From: Eledone cirrhosa
Taxonomy: Eukaryota
Length of the DNA: 64,000 bases
Direction: 5' to 3'
Assembly (NCBI GenBank): GCA_964016885.1
Contig: OZ024742.1
Location: forward strand, 310,868,001 to 310,932,000
The notes under the pieces are model-generated. The model made no database searches and was not told the origin of the DNA. It saw only the letters and a list, made by a program, of their open reading frames with translations. Positions 48,411 through 64,000 of this stretch are shown here, one piece after another (the stretch's first letter is position 1; each line of letters begins with the position of its first letter). Position numbers and translations under genes: made by a program.

Positions 48411-50832
48411 TTATACTTCTCTTAGGTCAGTGTTGTTTGTTTGGGTGTTGTTGTTATTCCATTTATTCTTTCTGTTTAGCCTTAGTCTTCTAATTTCTAT
48501 TTCACTGGCCTCTCTGATTTGCCTATAGGCTGGGTCATTTCTATGTTTAGATATTATTCTAATTTCTATGTTGTCTATGTTACCGTTATGTTGTTGTCTA
48601 GCATGTTCGTATAGTACTGACCCGTTTTTTCGTCCTTTTAGTTCCCCCCAGTGATGGTCTATCCTTTCACCTATGCTACGAGCTGTCTCACCTATGTATG
48701 TTGTTGTCATGTTTCTGCAAGTACCCTCTGTACATCTTATGCTATAGACTACGTTTCTAGTTTTACAGTTTATCCGGGGGTTCACCTTACATATGATACA
48801 TTTCCTATTGGTACAGTGGGTTTTCTTAAAAGGGTAGGTTTTGCTGATCAGGGATTTTATGGTGGTTCCTGGCTTTTCTACCACCTTTATTTTTAAGTGG
48901 GTCTTTCTCAGGGCCTTTCTACACTGGTTAGCTAATTTCCCTCCAGGGGTGGCGTCCACAAACATGACACTCTGGTATCTCTGGTTGTCGTACCGTAAGG
49001 TGGCTTTCCATATCTTATGTCTAGCCCTATCTAAGCTATTCCATGATTTGCTCCTGCGTTATGGGCAAATTCCTTTCATGTCTAGTTCTATGAGGGTCTT
49101 ATACTTTTCCATGGCTCCTTCGTATACTCTGACTCTGTCTCTTTGGTTGTAGCCAGAGAACTGCATTCGGTTGATGAAGTGTTGGATGTGTCTTTCCATT
49201 TCTGTTGGGTCGCACATGCGGGACACATTCTTCATCACTCGTACCAAATCTGCGATCAGAATATTAAACTTAGCACTACTGGACATTGCTGAGTTTTTGA
49301 GTATCAGGTATTTGGAGGCCATGGGTTTAGCATAGTGTCAGTGGAGAATTTGGGCTCTCTCGTCTATAGTGTTAATCCAGAGTTCTGTGTCTAATACAGG
49401 TAGTCTATTGTTAGGGTGTTTGGAAGGGAAGTCGATAGTTACAGTTATACTCTGGTGTATATGAATTAGCTATCTGCTGGATGCTTTCCATCGTGCTACG
49501 TTCTAAATCAAACTTGTTAGTGCTCTCTAGTGGGGGTGTTCTTATAACTATATTGATATCGTCTACATAACGAGAGTACATGATGAGGTCTATGGAGCTT
49601 TCATTAAGGAGATCTTTAAGTCTCCTTTCCCACCATACCATGAAAAGCTTGGCAACATCACCAGCTATGCTGACGCCGATGGCTGCTCCCTCATTTTGGG
49701 TGTAGATTTTCTCGTTGAACTTAAATATGTGGCCCTTTAGGGTAGTTTTGATACTAGCCCCTATTGCATGTGCGACCATTTTTCTTACCTGATCATTGTT
49801 TTGGGGGGTCCGTATAGCTTTGGTCCACCCAATCCACCTTCCCATGGGAGTCTTTTTTGCCATTGAGGTTATGGTGGGGGGGGGGTCTACCTCTTATAGG
49901 TCTACTAGGGCAGAAACATCTAAGGTCATGGCTGTCTAGGTAGTCAGTGTCGTAGGTAAGTCTAAGTAGGAGGCCCAGTTCGTCTGTGTCGACGTCGCAG
50001 AACTCCACCTCACTCTCAATGATCATCTCCACACATCTTTTCACAGCAAAATCAATGTTAATGGATGGGTAAAGTGACACCACATCCATGCTGCCTATTA
50101 TGCAGTTGGATAGGCTCCTGTTTTTGTTGCACTCACTGATTCTGCTGAGGAGGTCCTCTGTACTGTCACATACATCTGGGGACATCTTGATTATGGGGCG
50201 TATAACCATTGAGAGGAAGTAGGAGATCCTGTAGTTGCTAGCTATATTAGCTCCGCATACTGGTCTTGTTGGTGGTCCTGTTGTCGGGTCGTCGACTGTC
50301 TTGTGGTCTTTGCGGAGCCCATACAAGGGTGGTATGCCATTGTTAGACGCCTGGAAGTTGTTGGCAGTGCGTCTTCTTGGCTTTAGGATGTCAGTCCACA
50401 TCATCATGTGAGCGTTGAGGATTTTTTCTCTCCCATCGTGTGTTTGTTGTGCAATTTCTCTCGTGTTGGTGATGTGGGGTTGCATAGCCTCGATGTAGTT
50501 CGGCATGCTATCTATTGACATCCTACCAGACTTATCTGTGGGTAGACACACTACCTCACCATCCCTTGTGCGCTGCTTGAGGCTAACCAAGCCTTCTACA
50601 GGTTTCCTCCCAAGTTGGTGAACTGTGCCTCTGTCTCGTCATCTATTTGTTGTGGTATGCAAACTCTTTTATTAAAGAGTAACCTCGTAGGATAGATATT
50701 ACCCATCTTATATGTTTTGTCAGCTGGGTTGAAAAATAGTTTCTCTAAGGGGTTTTCATTATATCTATCGTCATAGTTGTGTGTTGCTATTATTGTTATC
50801 AGGGTGGTTGTTGTTGTTTCTATCATTAGCAT
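48411..50832 (-). pseudogene. Penelope-like polyprotein (reverse transcriptase + GIY-YIG endonuclease), frameshifted
   Basis: PTDKSG, LYGLRKDHK, PTRPV, MDVVSLYPSI (49793-50590); QNEGAAIG, SRYVDDI (49411-49863); thumb (49059-49322); CxxxxCxxC linker, NVVYSIRC..C, YIGET (48411-48965). Confidence 0.92.
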
Positions 50833-51402
50833 TATTATTATTGTTATGATTGCTAGATGTATTGTTGTTTACTTCACCGTTGTTGTTGTTGTTGTTACTG
50901 TTATTTCTACCATTGTGGTTGTTACTTTTATTATGTTTCTTGTTTTTGTTGTGTCTATCATTGATGTTGCCACATGTACTATTTCCATTATTACCACTGT
51001 GGTTATTGTTGTTGTTGTTCGTATTGTTACCGTTATTACTACTGTGGTCGCTGCTGCTGTGTCTGTGGTTAATGTTTCTATTATTATTATTATTGTGGTT
51101 GTTGTTGTTCTGTCTATCGCTAGTATTATTACCATTATCACTATTTCTCACTTTCCTGCCATTGTTATAGTTATGGCTGTTATTTCTATACTCAGAGTTA
51201 TTGTTTATATTACTACTACCGTTATTATTGTTGTTGGACCGAGTAAGTTAGATTACCGATATAAAAGACAGCGAGAAGCGAAAACCAACCAAACAGTGAG
51301 TGTGTTCTGTTATTAATTCTGGCAATATTACACAAGTATAACAATATTTGTTTCGACACACGATTTCATATAAAAAACCTCGCAAAACTAATTCATCGCC
51401 GC

Positions 51403-52929
<1,527 letters not shown>

Positions 52930-52930
<1 letters not shown>

Positions 52931-53277
52931 CTCTCTATATATATATTATATATGCAAAAGTTCTATTTAAAATTGTTGGGATACAAGTAAATATTTTTAT
53001 AACTGATATAAAGCACTCGACAAGTATTTGGAGTAGATATACGATATTAATAAATGGAAACTATATTTATAAAACCATATTTATTTCATTATACATATTT
53101 CAGGGATACCAAATTAAATTATGGTATGCCTTCACGTCAAAGCTTATTTGTAAAACTGTTATATATTGTATTTTGTCTGATGAAGGCATACCATAATTTA
53201 ATTTGGTATCCCTGAAATATGTATAATGAAATAAATATGGTTTTATAAATATAGTTTCCATTTATTAATATCGTATA
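52930..53277. mobile_element. Fold-back pLTR cassette (arms 53037-53134 and 53181-53277)
   Basis: ~98-bp essentially perfect inverted arms, a one-sided tail with AGCACTCGA at 53012, and TA flanks. Confidence 0.75.
53169..53233 (+). ncRNA. Type I hammerhead ribozyme
   Basis: TATTTTGT-CTGATGA-AGGcATACCA..TGGTATcCCT-GAAA-TATGTA-TA-ATGAAATA. Confidence 0.8.
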
Positions 53278-53313
53278 TATATTATATATATATATATACA
53301 TATATATATATAC

Positions 53314-53420
<107 letters not shown>

Positions 53421-53786
53421 TATAAAGAAAAAGAGATGAAATCGAAAATGCAACTGGAGTCTTATTTCTTTTTTAAATATATATATTTATTTGGTTCCTT
53501 TACCGGTTTCGCAGTTCTTCTGCTTTTCAAAGGGTGAGTTGAGATGGAGGGTCTGTGGTTTTTCTCACATCAGATGTGAGAAAAACCACAGACCCTCCAT
53601 CTCAACTCACCTTTTGAAAAGCAGAAGAACTGCGAAACCGGCAAAGGAACAAAATAAATATATATATTTTTTTTTTAAATAAGACTCCAGTTGCATTTTC
53701 GATTTCATCTCTTTTTCTTTATACTTTCACTCGTGTAGGACACCTCGGTTATTTTTCATTTTGTAAAAAAAACCTCACTTTCTAAT
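53421..53786. mobile_element. Fold-back pLTR cassette (palindrome 53421-53723 plus tail)
   Basis: ~150-bp arms with a 1-nt loop at 53572. Tail ACTCGTGTAGGACACCTC resembles 10436-10453. Lies in (TA)n. Confidence 0.75.
53497..53534 (-). ncRNA. Minimal type I hammerhead ribozyme, U3-A8 variant (twin 53610-53647 +)
   Basis: Minus strand: CCCT-TTGAAAA-GCAG-aagaa-CTGC-GAAA-CCGG-TA-AAGG. The plus twin has CCTT/AAGG stem I but CA at the cleavage site. Confidence 0.72.
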
Positions 53787-53926
53787 ACATATATATATAT
53801 TCATATATATATATATACATATATATATATACATATATACATATATATATATACATATATACATATATATATATATATACATATATACATATATATATAT
53901 ATATACATACATATATATACACATAC

Positions 53927-53981
<55 letters not shown>

Positions 53982-54004
53982 TATATATATATACACATAT
54001 ATAT

Positions 54005-54044
<40 letters not shown>

Positions 54045-54351
54045 CTTTGAAGGTACGTTTGCATTTTGCAAGCCGTTACAATGCAGGTTTAACTACAAAA
54101 TATTTAAATATTTGAACAAGTTCGGCATATAAAACCACAGGGTCGGGGAAAAAATTAACTGAGTGGTGAGAAACAAAATGGTTTCTGCTTTTTGCCACAG
54201 TGATGTGATGCCACTTGCACCAGAGTTAGTCTGGCTCCTTACACGTCATGTTTAATTATTATCTTTCAGTCAGGAATTTGGATCGCTCGAGCCGACTTAT
54301 CCTCGCGAAGTTACAGCGTAGCATCCACGAATAAGAACCTTATCTTCTGAA

Positions 54352-54463
<112 letters not shown>

Positions 54464-54622
54464 GTGTGCGCGTGCGTGCGTGCGTGTGCGTGTGTGTTTG
54501 TGTGTGTTTGTGTATGTGTGCCTGTGTCTGTGTGGCAGGTGGGGAGAGAGAGAGAGAGGGGGGGGGGGTACCACTTTTTTATCAGAAAATCTATATTCCT
54601 GGTCATTGGCATTATGTATACT

Positions 54623-54807
54623 GGTGGATTGGCAGTATCGGTAGAGAGTCGGACGCCATGCTTTCCAGCATAGTTACGTCCCTTTACGATCTGAGTTCAA
54701 ATCCCGCCGAGGTTGACTTTGCCTTTCATCCTTACGGGGTCGATAAAATAAAATACCAGTAATGCACTGGGTTATTGCTGGCCTTGTGCCTAAAATAGAA
54801 ACAATTA
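54623..54807 (+). mobile_element. S1 SINE, near full length
   Basis: S1 match, with TSD ATTATGTATACT at 54611-54622 and 54804-54815. Confidence 0.9.
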
Positions 54808-55485
54808 TGTATACTTCCACCTAGACAAATTTGTTCTTGAGACATCCTTGCTACTTTTCTTCTATATCACATCACTGACCAGAACTTAACTTGCTGACAT
54901 TTACAAGATTGCTGGATAATTTCGCTTGATAAAACTAATCTTTATCACTAGCCAATAAGATGGCCACTTGGACAGCTAGAAATAGCAACCGAATGTCCGT
55001 GTTCGCTCTCTTATCAAATCTTACCTACATAAAAAGAACAGTAATGAACCATTTTGTATAGTTGTTCTAAAGCAAAACTTTGATTATACTTTGTGTGGTA
55101 TTTGATCATAGATTTGTTTGATCCAAGCAGACCTGGGACTAAACCACTATCATTTTTATTATCAGAATATCAAGGTTTAGAAATAACTTTAAAAGTTCAT
55201 AGCTATTTTTATTTCACATTCCCTCCAGTTCACTTAGCTGGAAAAATAGGAGTTATATCTGTAATTCAGAGGGCTAGCTTGGTAATACACTGTAACGCTC
55301 TGAAAGCTACGTGAAGTATGAGTACACGTGTCGGTGGAATACTCAGCCACTTACGCAGTAACTTCAAAAGAAGAAAGTTCCGTTGATCGTATCAACTGGA
55401 ATACTTGTAGTACAACCGACGGAGGTATTATTTAGTATATTGTATTGATATGGTTTTCGCCCTTTATTTTTTATCACGATTCTTT

Positions 55486-55645
55486 GTCGGACGCCATGCT
55501 TTCCAGCATAGTTACGTCCCTTTACGGTCTGAGTTCAAATCTTGTTGAGGTTAACTTTGCTTTTTATCCTTACGGGGTCGATAAAATAAAGTACCAGTAA
55601 TGCACTGGTTATTTGCTGGGCTTGTGCCAAAAGTAGAAACAATTA
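55486..55645 (+). mobile_element. S1 SINE, 5'-truncated
   Basis: S1 match from GTCGGACGCC to GAAACAATTA. Confidence 0.88.
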
Positions 55646-55781
55646 TTAGTAATAATATAAGTTTTGTGAGTGATGCTGTTGTTATGATGATTTCCTTTGT
55701 CGCTAATGTTGCTTGCAATGTCGCTTATCTTTATGGGACGAACATTGTTTTTCTCTCTCGTCTACAATTGTTTCTTTCATA

Positions 55782-55839
<58 letters not shown>

Positions 55840-55886
55840 GTATATATGTATATATGCATGCACACACACATGCACATGTATGTATA

Positions 55887-55929
<43 letters not shown>

Positions 55930-55939
55930 ATGTATGCAT

Positions 55940-55993
<54 letters not shown>

Positions 55994-56024
55994 CTGTGTT
56001 TCTATGTTTGCATATTCGCCTCTT

Positions 56025-56069
<45 letters not shown>

Positions 56070-56458
56070 GCAGAGAGAGAGAAAGAAGGAGGTACATGCA
56101 CATATAAAAACACAGACACGTGTGTATCTATGTATATATGTATGTATTTTCATATTCATATAAGTGAATACATTCATATGTACTCAAAACAATATGCTCA
56201 ATCTGTAAAACTACCAAGCAGACAAACTAGCTTATCTTGATAAATTCATGGCAACCACCCTGTAAATCAATCCCTTTGCCGCGAACTACTTCGCAACCAG
56301 CTCGCAAGTGAATCTCCCCTCACCCAAATTTCATTGAGCACAACCATTCTCAATAATGCAATTATGTGAATTATCCATCTCTTTTGTTCATTTGTGTCTA
56401 TGAGATTGTATTTAAATAGACGTGTAGACAGACACGCACACACACACACACGCATATA

Positions 56459-56498
<40 letters not shown>

Positions 56499-56602
56499 TA
56501 ATAAATATATATTATCCTTATGGAGCCCTCTTCGAATTTTCGTCTTCACATTTATTATTATTACTATATGTATATATATATATATTGAGAGAGAGAGAGA
56601 GA

Positions 56603-56650
<48 letters not shown>

Positions 56651-56742
56651 CAGAGAGAGAGAGAGGGGGCTGGCAGACAGAGACAAATGTCTTCTACAGA
56701 ACTGTTTCATTCGTATGAAAGTCACTTCTATATATATATTAA

Positions 56743-56931
56743 TAATTGTTTCTACTTTAGGCACAAGGCCAGCAATTACCCACTACATTACTGGTACTTT
56801 ATTTTATCGACCCCGGAAGGATGAAAGGCAAAGTTAACCTCGGCGGGATTTGAACTCAAACCGTAAAGGGACGTAACTATGCTAGAGAGCATGGCATCCA
56901 ACCCTCTACCGATACTGCCAATTCACCGCCC
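56743..56931 (-). mobile_element. S1 SINE, full length
   Basis: S1 match with TATATATATTAAT on both sides. Confidence 0.9.
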
Positions 56932-57099
56932 TGTATATATATTAATGCTTATACTTTACCAATGTATTGAATATCTTTATTAACTGTGGTTACCCCTGAT
57001 AATCCTCATATATACATTTTTATGTAGTTGAGGTAGTGACGGTGGAAGAGTGGTTCAAAAAGTCAGGATTCCATTAATTTACTAAAAACCTCTATTAAA

Positions 57100-57900
57100 G
57101 ACTATTGACCTCTGATACATCCATGTTATTGTGTCATCATCTCTGTGTGTAATTTCTTGGTGGAAATATCAAGGCCACATTCTTCACAGGGATCTAAGAA
57201 CATGAATCAATTGCTTTTCTTCCTTCCTACACTGAAACGAGCAATAGAGCGCCACGTTTGCCAATTCTTTCTACGACTTGGCATTGAAGCAGCACAGTAA
57301 AACCACCTCGTCATATTTGAGAATTTCCCCAAATACAGCTCTCGATTGGGTGCTTATTGCAGGTTTATATGCATAGAAATTGTCAGGGTATAATTATATG
57401 CTCTTCTCACAGTAGTAAATTAACTTAAAATTCAACTGCAGACGCAGAGTTGGCAATCACACGTTTATAGGCATTTCAGAAGGAGCTGTAAAGCCAACAT
57501 CAGACTCTCTGCACTTGTTTCTTTTGATTTAACCTTTCCACAAATAGGTATCTCCTAAAGATGAAATTCATCTTACATTTAAGTCTCTTATAAATCAGCT
57601 ATATCAATAATATATCGGCTCAGTTCAAATACAACTAGAGCAATGTGCTTTTCCAGCCTACCCTCACCCTTGCTATCCAGCAGTGTCGTCATATTCCAAT
57701 ACCATATATTCATGTTCCAGAGAAAGCCTTTGAATATTTTCTCTTGTTTTACGAGCTCAATGGAAATCTATCAGTCAAAACAAGGCAATTTTTAGTTCAT
57801 CTTTTCAAGAATATTCCTGGTTTACGCATGAGCAGCATCAACCGAATCCCATCGCTGACAGACGACGTGTGTGTAACATAAATTTCCTAAGCATAAGATG
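57100..57900 (-). mobile_element. Possible highly decayed RTE-like LINE fragment
   Basis: Minus strand near 57680-57702 reads LEYDDTA (a YADD-like remnant). Boundaries are approximate. Confidence 0.3.
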
Positions 57901-58459
57901 GTGATTATGTTTCCAAACCACCCGATGTGCACGTTTCAACTCGCTCGCATCACCATAAGCTTACACAACACCTTATAGACATCAAATAAGCATACAAAAC
58001 ACTTAATAGGACCCAAATAAGGCCTGCTCAACACCTAAAACCATACAAAAAGGCATATACCACTACTCATAGAGCCCAAATAAGGCGCAAACAACACTTC
58101 ACAGACCGCACATGGTGTATACGCACTTCATAGAACTCAAATAACGCATATAAAACATATCACAGTCGCTATAAAAAGCTAATACAATACAACAGATCCG
58201 AGATAAGGATTTTACAACTTCTCATAGACACCATATAAGGTTTAGGCAACACATACAACCCTCTCCACTCTGCTACTATAATTCAGAGATAAGCTGAGAC
58301 AAGATATCTGGTGTCTATAAAAACAATCGCATGCTCAGGAATGTGGGAGCGCTATGATCGTCAGCGCAATCTAAAGATCCCCCAAATGGCCAAACCCATT
58401 CCCTGCAGAATATACATTCTTACACAAACACACACATATATATATACATACATATGTAA

Positions 58460-58540
<81 letters not shown>

Positions 58541-58581
58541 TATTCATATGTATATATAGATATGTAGACATATATATATAT

Positions 58582-58675
<94 letters not shown>

Positions 58676-58698
58676 TATATATATGTGTGTGTGTGTGT

Positions 58699-58751
<53 letters not shown>

Positions 58752-58787
58752 CATGAGTTCGTCTGAATATGTATGTATACATGTGTG

Positions 58788-58830
<43 letters not shown>

Positions 58831-58840
58831 TTGTGTATAT

Positions 58841-58905
<65 letters not shown>

Positions 58906-58910
<5 letters not shown>

Positions 58911-59094
58911 GTTTCTACTTTAAGCACAAGGCCAGCAATTACCCAGTGCATTACTGGTACTTTATTTTATCGACCCCGTAAGGATGAAAGGCAAAGTCAA
59001 CCTCGGCGGGATTTGAACTCAGATCGTAAAGGGACGTAACTATGCTGGAAAGCATGGCGTCCGACCCTCCACCGATACTGCCAATCCACCGCCC
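58906..59094 (-). mobile_element. S1 SINE, full length
   Basis: S1 match. Confidence 0.9.
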
Positions 59095-59286
59095 TTACGG
59101 AGTTGACGGACCCAGCATATTTATTAATATATATATATATATATTAACACTCATACATACATATTCAGACGGATTCTTGATATAATTCGGTGTATTATAA
59201 CACAAAACTGATATATCAGCTAACCTTACTAAATTCCTACTGATACAATTTTAAAACTTTTAAATTCTTTCATTAAGAACGGCTTC

Positions 59287-59364
<78 letters not shown>

Positions 59365-59390
59365 GAAGCCGTTCTTAATATATATATATC

Positions 59391-61066
<1,676 letters not shown>

Positions 61067-61507
61067 AATTAACAAAAAATGGAGTTAAAGACTCACATTA
61101 ATCCCCTATAATTTAATGAGCTCAAGGAATAGATTCCGGACACTTTATAAATCAGCATATAGAGAAAGGTACACATAGAGATATGTGTTTAATCATAGGG
61201 AATCGAAAACCACCAGAGTGACGAACATATTAACTACGGAAGGAATGGTGAATAGAAATCAATTAAAAAAAATATATTAAAGTGCAATGTATATATATCC
61301 GGCTGTAATTCATTAAAAAAACAACACACACAAACTTACACACACATACACACATTTCATTTTATATTTTAGTCATGTACCTACAACAAAAAATCTCGCT
61401 TACCAATCCTGGGTTCTAACTCCATTTTTGTTCCTATAGATAATTATTTGACCAGGGTTACACATAACTGTGTGTCATTTGTACATACATGCTGATTATT
61501 AAAATAA

Positions 61508-61717
61508 GGATTGGCAGTATCGGTAGCACGTCGGACATCCTGCTTTGCGGCATAGAGTTGCATCCCTTTACGTTCTAATTTCAAATCCCGCCAGGGTTAG
61601 CTTTGCCTTTCATCCTTACGGGGTCGATAAAATAAAGAACCAGTTAATACTTTGGGTTCGATTTAATCGACTTTCCCCTCCCCCAAATTACTGACCTTGT
61701 GCCTATATAAGAAACCC
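61508..61717 (+). mobile_element. S1-related SINE with a longer 3' part
   Basis: Same head and body plus GGTTCGATTTAATCGACT..CCCCTCCCCC. TSD TTATTAAAATAA at 61496-61507 and 61718-61729. Confidence 0.88.
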
Positions 61718-61777
61718 TTATTAAAATAAATTATCTAAATATCTCTTTTATCTATAATCTCTATCACATTCCAGTCA

Positions 61778-62040
61778 TTATCATCACATTATCTTGACGT
61801 GCTAGTTATACGGATCGCCATGACTCTCTCTTTCTATCTGCCCTTGTTGTCTATTGCTAGGTACATCTCCTCCAGATTGCACTCAACTTCTTCACATAGC
61901 TGTTTGATGAAGATTCTGAGAAGTCATCTGACATTAGAATGTCCATGCTTTAGTGCGCACAACAATACATCGCTGACAATTTCTTCATTTCTCTCCGGCA
62001 GTGTGCCACGAATCTGGTTCGTCTCTCTCAGATGGTATGA
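61778..62040 (-). mobile_element. Decayed RTE LINE 3' fragment
   Basis: Minus strand encodes RRTRFVAHCRR (RxAGHC.R-like) and ends in TGA-type triplets. Family assignment is from recall. Confidence 0.5.
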
Positions 62041-62705
62041 GAGATTGCAGGTAGATATATGTGTACAAATATAAGTTCAACCCCCGTTGTGGACCACTTG
62101 AGTGCTACAGTTAATCCGTCACCAGGCTTAACATCTCCGCCTAGACCTTAAATGCCTTTAGCTGAATATTTTCTGCTGAAAGCATTCAAGCCAGGCCACC
62201 GATTTGAGGACACCCCCTTCTTCCACCGAGGCCATGAAAAGTGTCATGGACATTTACACGTCGCTCCTTGATCAAACGGTATAAAACATTAATAAATACG
62301 CAATATGGATGACGACATGAGGGGATATATGTGAACCTGGGGAAGAAGCTAATTGGACGTAGCCCGAGATCAAACAAGTCTGGAAAGCTGAGGCCGCTGT
62401 AATAACAATATAAGAAGAAAAGCAAGGATATTCAGGTCTGTTTGACATGTCTATTCTCCTCGGGTGATTAGATCGTTGAGATTGATGTTAATTTTCTCGA
62501 CTTCTATACATTTTTTGTATAAATTTCTGAGATGAGATATTATCTTCATTAGAATCTGATACATTCGGATTAACGTTTTCACCTTTAATTGTTATACGCA
62601 ACTTTTCGGCCTGTGCACCCTTTGAATAACTTTATCATGTGCCAGTCTCTGGATTTCTAGTGAAAACTTTTATTTAATCCATAGATGTAAACTGCTCAAA
62701 TGCCA

Positions 62706-62990
62706 TTTTCCTAGTGGTAAGGGTGTTGGATTTACGATCATAATGCCATGGGTTCGATTCTTGGACTGGGTTGCGTGTTGTGTTCTTCAGCAAAACACTT
62801 CATTTCACGTTGCTCCAGTATACTCAGCTGAAAATGAGTACCAGCAATAGCTGGGGGTTTAACACTGTGATGGACTGGCGTCCTGTCCAGGGGGGGGAAT
62901 CTTGTACTGTCGGACGCTTCAAGCTATGAGACTGGGATAATCACCGGCCTAACGAGCCCTAAATGGCTCAGACAGACTTTAGACTTTAGA
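62706..62990 (+). mobile_element. tRNA-derived SINE (S2 head, V-domain-like body)
   Basis: CTAGTGGTAAG..GGTTCGATTC head, GATGGACTGGCGTCCTGTCCAGGG body and (AGACTTT)n tail. Confidence 0.75.
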
Positions 62991-63757
62991 CATTAATACA
63001 TGAAGAAGACCTGGGATTCCAACAGCCAAAAGGTCGTAACTGCAACAGCCATGAAAATACACCAATCGGAAGATATCAGATTAGACATATAGCTGATGTC
63101 TTAAGACAGAAAGTTGAGAGGAAATTCTAATGAACTGAAGTTCTGGGATAAAATTATTAGAGAAACGATTGATAGATTATGATTAGTGCATGCTTTGAGG
63201 GGTTGTTTTTATTAGGGGCGGCGTAAGTGGATATGATGGCACACAAACCAATTTAAAGAAATAAATGACGAAAATAGTTCTAGAGAACTACAGGAAACTG
63301 CCAGTCCTCTACATTCACGTACACAGTAATTTGCTATAGAAAACCTTTTTCTATATCAAAAACATTATTATATTAAAGATACCACATCAAACGCTACGCT
63401 AAGTTACATAATACCAGAACGAACGAGGGAGCCTCTACATAGTTGCGCATTTGACCTGATAGAAATAGAAGCTACATGCCATCAAATGTTATGTAATTAA
63501 CAAGATATATAGCCTATCTGTTATCATGCAAGTTGACAGAAACAGATATTTTTGTTTTTATTTATACACAGCCTTTGCTCTGTAGTCTACCACATTTCAA
63601 TAACTAGTTGACTGTTTCAACACAAAATCAAAAGCTCAGAAGTAATATAACTTTAGTTCATATGAAAGAAGGCATCTGAGTGCATTATTTGTTTTACAGA
63701 AAACATTACAAAATGATGACTGGCCAACAACCTTTAGAATATATAAGTGTGTGTGTT

Positions 63758-63845
<88 letters not shown>

Positions 63846-63930
63846 TACATATACATATATATACACACATATATATATATATACATATATATACATGAAT
63901 ACACATGCATGCGTATATATATGAATGCAT

Positions 63931-64000
<70 letters not shown>

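Larger units (their letters stand above)
47930..51402 (-). mobile_element. Penelope-like retroelement (Neptune-type), 5'-truncated, with 3' pLTR and inverted partial pLTR plus tail at the 5' end
   Basis: RT and GIY-YIG ORF pieces. 51236-51345 is an inverted, internally deleted copy of 47930-48052. (TA)n on both flanks. Confidence 0.92.

Overview
AT-rich, microsatellite-saturated animal DNA with no intact host gene that I can support. The recurrent tRNA-headed SINE resembles octopod SINEs as I remember them, so a cephalopod origin is inferred, not proven. The window holds a ~15.9 kb interstitial degenerate (TTAGGG)n array with higher-order duplications, a decayed near-full-length Penelope-like (Neptune-type RT + GIY-YIG) retroelement with truncated relatives, three Tx1/L1-like LINE ends stacked inside (GATA)n, RTE fragments, about 13 SINE copies, a hAT MITE and a 32-bp satellite. 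The main signal is an unusually dense set of type I hammerhead-ribozyme (HHR) motifs: about 18 loci read by eye, several with the compensatory U3-A8 core. They occur in (i) three unrelated non-coding families with a one-unit-plus-partial-unit tandem layout (985, 418 and 599 bp; retrozyme-like) and (ii) about ten fold-back cassettes. Almost all sit in (TA)n tracts, consistent with a Penelope-driven retrozyme/circRNA system. All structures were paired by eye and none has been computed or tested.
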